Below are positions 1 through 8,545 of a stretch of DNA of 20,000 nt, in pieces. The stretch is from the IMG/VR virus record IMGVR_UViG_3300046387_001330; one strand, 5' to 3'. The translations under genes were made by a program, and so were the position numbers. This stretch comes from an uncultured virus (IMG/VR IMGVR_UViG_3300046387_001330) (Duplodnaviria > Heunggongvirae > Uroviricota > Caudoviricetes). The stretch's first letter is position 1. Every line of letters starts with the position of its first letter. Below the pieces are notes generated by a model that searched no databases, was not told the origin of the DNA, and saw only the letters and a program-made list of their open reading frames with translations.

Positions 1-1
1 T

Positions 2-3000
2 GGTGCAGTGGGTAGTTCAAATGCACATCTCGGTCTAATTCATGATAGTACAATTACTTTGAATGATTCAGAAAATCAAGTATTCAAGAAAACTGGATCA
101 AATGGATGGAACGCATCAGTTCGTTCTTCTATTGGATATAATTCTGGATGTTCTTTGAGTTTTACTGCTAATATTAACAATAGAGCAGGAATGATTGGTA
201 TCAATACCGATCCAACAACAAACAATAATTACAATACAATTGATTTTGCATGGTATATGACTGGTAGTGGAGCCGCATACATTTATGAAAATGGTGCAAG
301 CAAAGGATCATTCGGTGCATTTTCAGTGGGAGCTATTTTTGTAATTACATACGATAATAATACCGTAAGATATTATTTGAATGGAACACTTAAACGTTCA
401 GTTACCATAGGAGCAGGAAAAACTTATTATTTAGATTCAAGTTTTCATACTGTAGATTCTCGTCCATACACAAGAACTCTTTCTTTTCATCCTATGGGTG
501 CAGTTGGTACAAAAGGTGATAAAGGTGATAAAGGTAGCACCGGTGCCCGTGGAGCTCAAGGTGTAGCAGGACCTTCGGGACCAGTTGGTATTCAAGGACC
601 AGCAGGACCAAGTGGACAACCAGTATCGGTAACATCACCTGAAGTACGATGGGATGCTTCTTCTTGGTCAACGGGTGGAACACTTAATCCAATTATAGGT
701 GACAAACCACTTTATCTTGGTGGAGAAGATACCGATTTCGGTAAAGATTCTACAATTGTTTTAGACGGATCACGTGGTAAAGTATTTAACTTTCCAGCAA
801 GAGGTGATCGTAGAAGTGGTGGAAACTATATTCAAGCAGGTGATGTTTATGATAACATTTTTATGAGTGGTTCATTTACTATATCTTTCTGGGTACGAGT
901 AAGAAAATATGAAACAACTACTGGTTCTAGTTCTGCCGGAAGATACGGAGCAATAATGTCCAAATGGTATACTGCACATCGCAATGGTACAAACAATTCA
1001 TTTATTATTTACTCAAATGGAACATTTTATAGTTCTTACTCTGCAACAACGAGTGTTACAAGTACTGCAAATTATCCAAAATTAAATGAATGGTGTCATT
1101 TGTCGTATGTTTGCAACAACGGAACAATGACGGTTTACAGAAATGGTAAAGAAGTACCAACTAAGTTTACAAAATGGTCAGGGGCTGCGAATCAATCAAA
1201 CAAGCACTTGTTTCTTAATTCAAATCAACGACTTGAAGTTGGATCAATTCGTAACAATGGATCATATTCACTTGATGGTATGGTTGATGATATTCGCATT
1301 TTTGACAAACCTTTGAGTTCAGGAGAAGTTTGGTTCACTTACAATGGAGTAGGTGGAGGTGGACTTGTTGGACCACAAGGACCAACAGGAGCAAAAGGAT
1401 CAACAGGTTCTGCTGGACAACGAGGACCAGCAGGTCCTACTGGACCAAGAGGTTTGCAAGGAGTACGAGGTGCAAACGGAAATGTTGGTGCTCCTGGTCC
1501 TAGAGGACCAAAAGGTGATACGGGTGCAAAAGGTGCTGACGGAGTTAGTGCAACAGAGAATTATGCATCAAATAAACGTTGGGAAGTCGCAAAAAATAAA
1601 AGTTCTTTTTTGGATGAGGGAACAGGAGGTTCATTTAATGTAAATGGTACGAGTGCTGAGAATTATGTTGATTGGGAAATTGGTCCATTTGGTCGCAGAA
1701 CAAAAGTTTGGAAAGCAAGAAACAATGACACAGCTTCAAATGCAGATGGTGGTTGGAATAAAACTATCACTAATCTTAAAAAGAACGCCGCATATATGTC
1801 GGTTGTTTATGTTCGTCGTACAAGTAGCAATACAAGTGGTTATTTTTATCATGGATGTGCTCAAGGTACGCATACTTTGAATCTAAGTGGTTCAACAAAT
1901 CGTAATCCATATTTTAAACATTTCGTCATTTCAAATCTTCCATTGAATGTTTGGTGTTTGTCTGTTGGGTATATTCATGCAAATAATGATCCAGATAAAT
2001 CTTCGTATGGAGGTGGTTTGTATAGAATCGATAATGGTAAAAAAATTATGTCATATACTGACTATAAAATGGGAACCAGTGGTACACAAACACATCGTAC
2101 TTATTTGTATTACTCTACAAGTCCTGCGGCTGCTCTTGATTGGACATTACCTGGATTCTATGAAGTATGTAGTGACTCACCAACATTAGGACAACTTCTT
2201 GGTGGAGGTGGAGTATTAGGTGGAGGAGAAAAAGGACCACAAGGACCTGCCGGATCAAGAGGACCTGCGGGACCTGCTGGACCAATGCCTAATATCGGTG
2301 AACTTCAAAATCACCAATTTGGTGTTCTTAAAACAAATCGTTTAGACATGAGTGGTGATATTGAAATGGATAGAAATGGTCAAACTTCTCGTACAATTAA
2401 ATTCAATAGTACCTGTAATATAAATTCAAGTTCCTCAAATAATATGCACTATCGTTCTGCTGGTGGTAAGCACCACTTTACAAACGGAAGCAATGGTGCG
2501 GGAACAATTGTTGTTGACAGATTAGAAGCAAATAAACTTGATTTATCTGCAATTTCATTAAGTGGAACTACAAGTACATTCAAGGGAACATCAAATTGGG
2601 CAAATGTTACAATTGATGGTATGGGAGTCAAAGCATGGAGAGGTAATGGTTTTTATGTTCATCGTGGTGATAATGCAATGTATTGTTCTTGGACAATGGA
2701 TGGTCTTGGATCAACACGTTTTGATTCACATTATCACAAAGGAAGAGCAAAAGCACCATACAATACTTGGCAGAAGTTTATATTCAATAATCGTTTAATG
2801 TTGGATACGAACCAAAATCCATTTGGATTACATTCAACAATTCGTACACATCGTGAAAATACCGATCCTCAACCTAATACATTGCACATTCTTTCAAATC
2901 ATGGTGATTTGCTTCTTGAAGCAAATAACATTCGTAAAGGTACAAATCAGAATGCAACCGTAGGTGGTCATGGAAGTGTGATATTCAGAGCACACGGAGT

Positions 3001-3838
3001 TCCTGTGATAGGTCATGTTGTAGATACAACGAATAGTAATTCTACTATTTACAAAAGACAACGTGGTGATTATGTTTATGGTGGAACGACTGGTGCGAAT
3101 GCGTATAATCGTTACCGTCAAAAACACTTCCAAGGAAATGCACGTTCCGGTGTAAGTATGAAACTTATTGGAGGTGCGTTGATTCCAACATACGGAGTTG
3201 TTGACCTTGGTGCTCCAGTTCATGCTCATCGTTTTGATACATTGTGGTGTCGTAATGCTCCTGATGTTTATTCTGATAAACGAGCAAAAACAAAAATTGA
3301 AACAAGTGATCTCGGACTTGACTTCATTAATAAATTGAAACCTGTAAGTTACAAATATAAGGATGTTAAAATTCTTACTGATAAACTTAAAAATCTTGAT
3401 GGAGACGAAGAAAACGAAGATAGAGAAAACGATGAATTGGAAATTACCAAAGAGACTCACGGAAGAACTCACTACGGAATGATTGCACAAGATGTTGAAG
3501 AAGTTCTTAAAGGAAAAGACTTTGGTGGTTTTGTTGATCCAAATTATGCATTGGATGATGAAGACGAAGGTAAAGGTGAACTTCACATGAGTCTTCGTTA
3601 CGAAGAGTTCATTTCACCTATGATCAAAGCAATTCAAGAAGTTGATGACAAAATTGAAGACCTTGAGAAGTACAAAAAATTCAGTGCAGGACGTGTTTCT
3701 AAATTAGAGTCTAAGCACGAAACTCGTAACAAAAATTCTAATAAGGAAATCAAAGAGATTAAGGATTCTCAGAAGAAGATATTAGATGCTATAAGTGAAA
3801 TTACAAAAAGGTTAGACAAAATAGAAAAGTCTAAGTAA
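2..3838 (+). CDS. Phage tail fibre/spike protein (5'-truncated): beta-sandwich domains, LamG/ConA-like domain, collagen segments, C-terminal peptidase S74 intramolecular chaperone
   Basis: The frame is open from position 2 (GAVGSS...), so the GTG at 8 is probably not the true start. It has three G-X-Y runs and LamG-like motifs (FTISFWVR, LNEWCHLSYV, VYRNG, GMVDDIRIFDKPLS). S74 motifs: YS|DKRAKTKIE at 3272-3277, LDFINKLKPVSYKY, HYGMIAQDVEEV, LRYEEFISPMIKAIQE, then a coiled coil. Confidence 0.88.
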   Translation, partial: GAVGSSNAHLGLIHDSTITLNDSENQVFKKTGSNGWNASVRSSIGYNSGCSLSFTANINNRAGMIGINTDPTTNNNYNTIDFAWYMTGSGAAYIYENGASKGSFGAFSVGAIFVITYDNNTVRYYLNGTLKRSVTIGAGKTYYLDSSFHTVDSRPYTRTLSFHPMGAVGTKGDKGDKGSTGARGAQGVAGPSGPVGIQGPAGPSGQPVSVTSPEVRWDASSWSTGGTLNPIIGDKPLYLGGEDTDFGKDSTIVLDGSRGKVFNFPARGDRRSGGNYIQAGDVYDNIFMSGSFTISFWVRVRKYETTTGSSSAGRYGAIMSKWYTAHRNGTNNSFIIYSNGTFYSSYSATTSVTSTANYPKLNEWCHLSYVCNNGTMTVYRNGKEVPTKFTKWSGAANQSNKHLFLNSNQRLEVGSIRNNGSYSLDGMVDDIRIFDKPLSSGEVWFTYNGVGGGGLVGPQGPTGAKGSTGSAGQRGPAGPTGPRGLQGVRGANGNVGAPGPRGPKGDTGAKGADGVSATENYASNKRWEVAKNKSSFLDEGTGGSFNVNGTSAENYVDWEIGPFGRRTKVWKARNNDTASNADGGWNKTITNLKKNAAYMSVVYVRRTSSNTSGYFYHGCAQGTHTLNLSGSTNRNPYFKHFVISNLPLNVWCLSVGYIHANNDPDKSSYGGGLYRIDNGKKIMSYTDYKMGTSGTQTHRTYLYYSTSPAAALDWTLPGFYEVCSDSPTLGQLLGGGGVLGGGEKGPQGPAGSRGPAGPAGPMPNIGELQNHQFGVLKTNRLDMSGDIEMDRNGQTSRTIKFNSTCNINSSSSNNMHYRSAGGKHHFTNGSNGAGTIVVDRLEANKLDLSAISLSGTTSTFKGTSNWANVTIDGMGVKAWRGNGFYVHRGDNAMYCSWTMDGLGSTRFDSHYHKGRAKAPYNTWQKFIFNNRLMLDTNQNPFGLHSTIRTHRENTDPQPNTLHILSNHGDLLLEANNIRKGTNQNATVGGHGSVIFRAHGVPVIGHVVDTTNSNSTIYKRQRGDYVYGGTTGANAYNRYRQKHFQGNARSGVSMKLIGGALIPTYGVVDLGAPVHAHRFDTLWCRNAPDVYSDKRAKTKIETSDLGLDFINKLKPVSYKYKDVKILTDKLKNLDGDEENEDRENDELEITKETHGRTHYGMIAQDVEEVLKGKDFGGFVDPNYALDDEDEGKGELHMSLRYEEFISPMIKAIQEVDDKIEDLEKYKKFSAGRVSKLESKHETRNKNSNKEIKEIKDSQKKILDAISEITKRLDKIEKSK
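497..622 (+). repeat. Collagen-like G-X-Y repeat, 14 triplets
   Basis: GAV GTK GDK GDK GST GAR GAQ GVA GPS GPV GIQ GPA GPS GQP. Confidence 0.95.
1361..1549 (+). repeat. Collagen-like G-X-Y repeat, 21 triplets
   Basis: Uninterrupted GLV GPQ GPT GAK ... GAK GAD GVS. Confidence 0.95.
2225..2287 (+). repeat. Collagen-like G-X-Y repeat, 7 triplets
   Basis: GEK GPQ GPA GSR GPA GPA GPM. Confidence 0.9.
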
Positions 3839-3851
3839 TAGATTAAAGTTT

Positions 3852-3885
3852 GGGGTGGGGAACTTAAAAATCCCCACCCCTTTTT
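3852..3885 (+). terminator. Rho-independent terminator after the fibre gene
   Basis: Perfect 10-bp stem GGGGTGGGGA / TCCCCACCCC, 9-nt loop, followed by TTTTT. Confidence 0.88.
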
Positions 3886-3900
3886 ATAAAGAGAACAAAA

Positions 3901-5136
3901 ATGGAATACGAAACAAAACTTCCCGAATACAATAAAAACGAAGAACTCGGATCACTCAGTCAAAGAATTGATTGGGGATTAAGACAACTTAATGTTCCTT
4001 CTACTTGGAGTGTAACTAAAGGTGACGGAATTACTGCAATGGTAATTGACACAGGGCATCCTGTGCATCCTGATATAGGAGATAATGCAATTAAAGGAAA
4101 GAACTGCATTTCCGGTGAACCAATAGAAGATGAAAATGGACACCAACTTCATTGCACAGGTATTATTAATGCAAAAGACAATCAAACTGGTATGGTAGGA
4201 GTTGCACCTGAAGCAAAATGTATTTCAGTAAAAGCATTAGCAAAAAACGGAAGTGGAACTTATTACGGATTAGCAGAAGCATTAGATTATGCAATTGAAA
4301 TGAAACCTGATGTGGTAAGCATGAGTTTAGGAGGACCTGCTCCGTCATCAGTTTTGCACGACAGAATCAAAACATTATATGAAATGAATATACCTGTTGT
4401 GTGTGCGGCTGGAAACTCAGGAGACGGAGGAGTTAATTATCCGGCTGCATTTGACGAAACAATTGCAGTTGCGGCTTATGATCGTTGGGGAAAAATTGCT
4501 AACTTTTCTTCTAAAGGAGAAAAAGTAGAATGGGCTGCACCTGGTGTAAACATTTATAGTACCTTTCTTAACAACGGATATGCAAGTTTAAGTGGAACAT
4601 CAATGGCTTGTCCATTTATTACAGGTGTTATTTGTTTGATGCTTGCAAAACATAAAAAACAAGAAGCAGAAACAGGTAAGAATGATTGCAAAACGGTTGC
4701 ACAAATACGAGAGCATTTATTAAAATACACAAAAGATAAAGGTGAAGTAGGAAAAGACAACTCTTGGGGATATGGTGTAATAGATGTGGAAAAGATGATT
4801 AAAGACGGAGAGGAAGTATCAGAACCTACTCCAACACCAACAAATACTGCAACTAATACACCCACCAAAACACCAACACCTACTAATACCAAAACTCCAA
4901 CCAAAACTCATACCAAAACACAAACTCCGACAAATACTCCTGATAAAGTAAAACCAAAACCAAAAAAGAATAAACTACCTTTGATTATTGGTGGAGTAGT
5001 TGTGGTGATTGGGATTATTGGAGCAGTAATTTATTTTGCGACAAAACAAGATGAAGTAATTATTCCGAATCCTCCATATATAAATGAACATGGAGAAATT
5101 GATTGGGATAAAAAATATGAACAGGAAATAAAATAA
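3901..5136 (+). CDS. Subtilisin-like S8 serine protease with Pro/Thr linker and C-terminal transmembrane anchor
   Basis: Catalytic Asp (VIDTG), His (DENGHQLHCTG), oxyanion Asn (AAGNSG) and Ser (GTSMACP); also FSSKG, AAPGVNIYST and GYGVID motifs. Hydrophobic LPLIIGGVVVVIGIIGAVIYFA at 4975-5040. Confidence 0.93.
   Translation: MEYETKLPEYNKNEELGSLSQRIDWGLRQLNVPSTWSVTKGDGITAMVIDTGHPVHPDIGDNAIKGKNCISGEPIEDENGHQLHCTGIINAKDNQTGMVGVAPEAKCISVKALAKNGSGTYYGLAEALDYAIEMKPDVVSMSLGGPAPSSVLHDRIKTLYEMNIPVVCAAGNSGDGGVNYPAAFDETIAVAAYDRWGKIANFSSKGEKVEWAAPGVNIYSTFLNNGYASLSGTSMACPFITGVICLMLAKHKKQEAETGKNDCKTVAQIREHLLKYTKDKGEVGKDNSWGYGVIDVEKMIKDGEEVSEPTPTPTNTATNTPTKTPTPTNTKTPTKTHTKTQTPTNTPDKVKPKPKKNKLPLIIGGVVVVIGIIGAVIYFATKQDEVIIPNPPYINEHGEIDWDKKYEQEIK
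4825..4941 (+). repeat. Pro/Thr-rich low-complexity linker
   Basis: PTPTPTNTATNTPTKTPTPTNTKTPTKTHTKTQTPTNTP. Confidence 0.9.
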
Positions 5137-5732
5137 TGGCAGAGGACATCAACAAACGAGTAGAAGCATTTGAGGCCGCACTTGATTTACTTGAACAACA
5201 AGTAGATTGGCAAAAAGATCATTTTCAAGAATTGTTTGAAGCAGATGAAAAGAAAAATACCGAAATTCATATCAAGTATGCAGAATTATCATCAGTTGTT
5301 GAACTAATTAAAGAACAATTAAAGTGGCAAAAAGACTTTGTGAATAATTTCGTAAAACAAGATACTTCTCTTGATAAAAAAATGGCAGACCGTGTAAATG
5401 AAATGTCACGATTAGTAGGATTGATGGCAGACAAACTTGATTTACAAAAAGATAAATTAGATTCATATATAAAAACTGGTGCTACTAAAAATAATAGCAT
5501 GACGGATCGTTTGGGTAGTTTGAAAGACGACATTACAAAATTAAAGTCTGTCAAGGATATTGATGCAAAAAAAGAAATTACTGACGTAAAAGGTTCGGTT
5601 CGTAAAATGAAAAATGTAAATAAATTTCACGGAGATTACATAAAAAAACTTGAACGTAAAATAGAAAATAAACAAAACGCAATTAAAAAACGATTTAAGA
5701 AAATAGAGAATAAAATAGATGAATCAAACTAA
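5136..5732 (+). CDS. Hypothetical coiled-coil protein with 39-aa internal repeat
   Basis: TAATG stop/start overlap with the S8 gene; helical, charged composition; (W/L)QKD at residues 25, 64 and 103. Confidence 0.8.
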   Translation: MAEDINKRVEAFEAALDLLEQQVDWQKDHFQELFEADEKKNTEIHIKYAELSSVVELIKEQLKWQKDFVNNFVKQDTSLDKKMADRVNEMSRLVGLMADKLDLQKDKLDSYIKTGATKNNSMTDRLGSLKDDITKLKSVKDIDAKKEITDVKGSVRKMKNVNKFHGDYIKKLERKIENKQNAIKKRFKKIENKIDESN

Positions 5733-6297
5733 CAAATTTATATCAACTGATTATTTAGATCAATCTGCTTTTGAAGCAAAGTATAATAGAAAAGCATATG
5801 CTTTTTGGTTGGTTGGTAATAGTGGAAGTGGAAAAAGCACTCTTGCAAAAGAGGTAGAAAAAAAACTTTTTGATGCCAACATTAAAGTAAAATGTTTAGA
5901 CGGAGATAATATGAGAAACACTATCAATTCAGATTTAGATTTATCTATTGAATCTAGAAATGAAAATATAAGAAGAAGTGCAGAAATTTCTAAAATGTTT
6001 TTAGAAACTGGAATTAGTACATTAAATTGTTTTATTTCACCACTTGAAATATACCGTGAACAAGCAAAGAAAATAATCGGAAATCGTTTTCGTTTAATTT
6101 ATATAAAAGCATCTAATGATGAAGTAAAAAAACGAGATGTTAAAGGATTTTACAAAAATGATGCAGATGCAATGAATAAATCACTTAATATGTTTGAAAA
6201 ACCAATTGATCCAGACTTGATAATTGATACCACAAATAAATCAATAAAATATTCCGCAAACATTTTGTATAATTTTGTATTAAATCAACCAATCTAA
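5719..6297 (+). CDS. cysC: Adenylyl-sulfate (APS) kinase, divergent
   Basis: P-loop GNSGSGKST, LDGDNMR, RNENIRR, FISP, RDVKGFYK, FEKP..PDLIIDT; adjacent to cysD/cysN. Confidence 0.88.
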   Translation: MNQTNKFISTDYLDQSAFEAKYNRKAYAFWLVGNSGSGKSTLAKEVEKKLFDANIKVKCLDGDNMRNTINSDLDLSIESRNENIRRSAEISKMFLETGISTLNCFISPLEIYREQAKKIIGNRFRLIYIKASNDEVKKRDVKGFYKNDADAMNKSLNMFEKPIDPDLIIDTTNKSIKYSANILYNFVLNQPI

Positions 6298-6308
6298 ATA
6301 TTTATAAA
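6297..6308 (+). promoter_or_regulatory. AATATTTATAAA motif, putative late promoter element
   Basis: Exact 12-mer in the short gap before cysD, repeated at 9555-9566. Confidence 0.4.
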
Positions 6309-6312
6309 TGAG

Positions 6313-7218
6313 ATGAAAAAATGTAACTTATCACACCTAGAAGAACTTGAAGCAGAAAGCATTCATGTATTAAGAGAAACGGCTGCTCAGTTTTCAAGTT
6401 CCGCATTGCTTTTCAGTGGTGGTAAAGATAGTTTAGTCTGTCTTCACCTAATTGCAAAAGCATTTTATCCTGCTAACTCACCCTTCGTTGCGTTGCACGT
6501 TGATACAGGTCACAATTTCCCAGAGGTAATGGAATTTCGTGACAAAGTGTTAAAGCAATACAATATGAAGTTATTTGATCGTAAAGTAGAAGATGCGATT
6601 GCAGAAGGACTTGTTCACGATGAAACGGGTGTAGGAGCAACTCGCAACGAACTTCAAATACCTGTGCTTCTTGATGCAATTGAGCATCACAAGTTTGATG
6701 CGTGTTTAGGTGGAGCAAGACGAGACGAAGAAAAAGCAAGAGCAAAAGAACGTTTCTTTTCACATCGTGATGATTTTGGTCAATGGGACCCAAAAAATCA
6801 ACGACCAGAAATTTGGGATGCTTTTAACGGAAAGAAAAATCAAGGTGAGCATTTCCGTGTATTTCCAATCAGCAATTGGACTGAACTAGATGTCTGGACA
6901 TATTTGAAGCATGAAAACATTCCGTTGCCATCACTTTACTTTTCACACAAAAGAAAATGCTATGAACGTGACGGAGTTTGGTATGGCCATGCTGATTACA
7001 TTAAATTAAAAGACGATGAAAAACTAGAAGAAAAGGTGGTTCGTTTTCGGTCAATTGGTGATGTAACAACAACTGGTGCTTGTTTGAGTACTGCAAACAA
7101 TCTTGATGATATTATTGCAGAAGTAGCAAGTGCTACTACAACTGAAAGAGGAACAAGAGGAGACGATAAGAAATCTGAAACAAGTATGGAAGATCGTAAG
7201 CAACAAGGATATTTCTAA
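6313..7218 (+). CDS. cysD: Sulfate adenylyltransferase subunit 2
   Basis: HLEELEAESIHVLRE, PP-loop LFSGGKDS, HVDTGHNFPEV, GGARRDEEKARAKERFFS, WDPKNQRPE, RVFPISNWTELDVW, SMEDRKQQGYF. Confidence 0.97.
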   Translation: MKKCNLSHLEELEAESIHVLRETAAQFSSSALLFSGGKDSLVCLHLIAKAFYPANSPFVALHVDTGHNFPEVMEFRDKVLKQYNMKLFDRKVEDAIAEGLVHDETGVGATRNELQIPVLLDAIEHHKFDACLGGARRDEEKARAKERFFSHRDDFGQWDPKNQRPEIWDAFNGKKNQGEHFRVFPISNWTELDVWTYLKHENIPLPSLYFSHKRKCYERDGVWYGHADYIKLKDDEKLEEKVVRFRSIGDVTTTGACLSTANNLDDIIAEVASATTTERGTRGDDKKSETSMEDRKQQGYF

Positions 7219-7219
7219 A

Positions 7220-8545
7220 ATGGGTGATAACAAAGATAATAAAAAGAAGTCTGATAAAACGAAATCAGATAATAAACCAAATGTAAATAAGTTGCAAAAC
7301 AACGAACTTCTTCGTCTTTCAACTGCGGGTAGTGTAGATGATGGTAAAAGTACCTTAATTGGACGTTTGCTTTATGATACAAAAAGTGTAATGAAAGATC
7401 AATACGAAGCAGTTCGTGCCACTTCCAAAAAGAAAGGTGAAGAAGAAGTAAATCTTGCTTATTTGACAGACGGACTTAAAAGTGAACGAGAACAAGGAAT
7501 TACAATTGATGTTGCGTATCGTTATTTTAATACTGCGAATCGTAAGTTTATTATTTCAGATACACCAGGACACGTTCAGTATACTCGTAACATGATTACA
7601 GGTGCAAGCAAAAGCAATGTCGCAATTATTTTAGTGGATGCACGAAAAGGAATTTCCGAACAAACACGTAGACACTCTTTTATTGCAAGTCTTTTGAAAA
7701 TACCTCATGTTATTTATGCGGTAAACAAAATGGACTTGATTGATTATGATGAGCAAAAGTTCAATAAAATTCGTAATCAACTTAAACAATTCAGTGCAAA
7801 ACTTCGTTGCAATGATATTCGTTTTATTCCTATTTCAGCATTAAAAGGTGATAATGTTACAACCAAGTCTCAAAAAACCAAATGGTACAAAGGTGGTCAT
7901 TTACTTGGTATGCTTGAAAATATTGAAATTTTCAGTGACAATAATTTAGTGGATGCACGATTTGATATTCAAACTGTTATTCGTCCTCATTCTGATGAAT
8001 GGCACGACTTTCGTGGATATGCTGGTAAAATCATAAGTGGTCGTTTTGAAAAAGGACAAAAAGTTCAAGTGCTTCCAAGTGGATTTGAAACTCGCATCAA
8101 AGATATGCGTGTTTACAAAGATTTAATAGATGAAGCCTGTACTCCTGCAAGTATTGTAATGCAACTTGAAGATGATATAGACGCAGGACGAGGTGATATG
8201 ATCGCACGAATTGATAATTTACCAAATGTATCTCAGCAGTTTGATGCAATGGTTTGTTGGATGTCAGAAGATGTAATGCTTCCTCGTAAAAAGTATTTGC
8301 TTAAACACGGAAGCAACGAAGTAACTGCAATGATTACTAAAAAAGTTTATACACTTGATGTTAACACTTTCAGTAAAGCAGAAGATCAAACATTGCAACT
8401 TGGTTTGAATGACATAGCAAGAATTAGTATCAAAACAAGTAAACCATTAAACTTTGATGACTTTGAAAGCAATCGTGCGAATGGAAGTTTCATTTTAATT
8501 GATACACAAACAAATGAAACGATTGCGGCCGGAATGATTAAGTGA
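7220..8545 (+). CDS. cysN: Sulfate adenylyltransferase subunit 1 (GTPase), no fused APS-kinase domain
   Basis: GSVDDGKSTLIGRLL, EREQGITIDVAYRYF, DTPGH, NKMD, PISALKGDNV, GSFILID..TNETIAAGMI. Start moved to the ATG at 7220, just after the cysD stop. Confidence 0.96.
   Translation: MGDNKDNKKKSDKTKSDNKPNVNKLQNNELLRLSTAGSVDDGKSTLIGRLLYDTKSVMKDQYEAVRATSKKKGEEEVNLAYLTDGLKSEREQGITIDVAYRYFNTANRKFIISDTPGHVQYTRNMITGASKSNVAIILVDARKGISEQTRRHSFIASLLKIPHVIYAVNKMDLIDYDEQKFNKIRNQLKQFSAKLRCNDIRFIPISALKGDNVTTKSQKTKWYKGGHLLGMLENIEIFSDNNLVDARFDIQTVIRPHSDEWHDFRGYAGKIISGRFEKGQKVQVLPSGFETRIKDMRVYKDLIDEACTPASIVMQLEDDIDAGRGDMIARIDNLPNVSQQFDAMVCWMSEDVMLPRKKYLLKHGSNEVTAMITKKVYTLDVNTFSKAEDQTLQLGLNDIARISIKTSKPLNFDDFESNRANGSFILIDTQTNETIAAGMIK

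Noticed and set aside
3852..3880. G-rich tract as a G-quadruplex
   Set aside because: Only two G runs, fully explained as a terminator stem.
7130..7219. Extended cysN N-terminus from the ORF track
   Set aside because: Overlaps the conserved cysD C-terminus; ATG 7220 follows the cysD stop directly.
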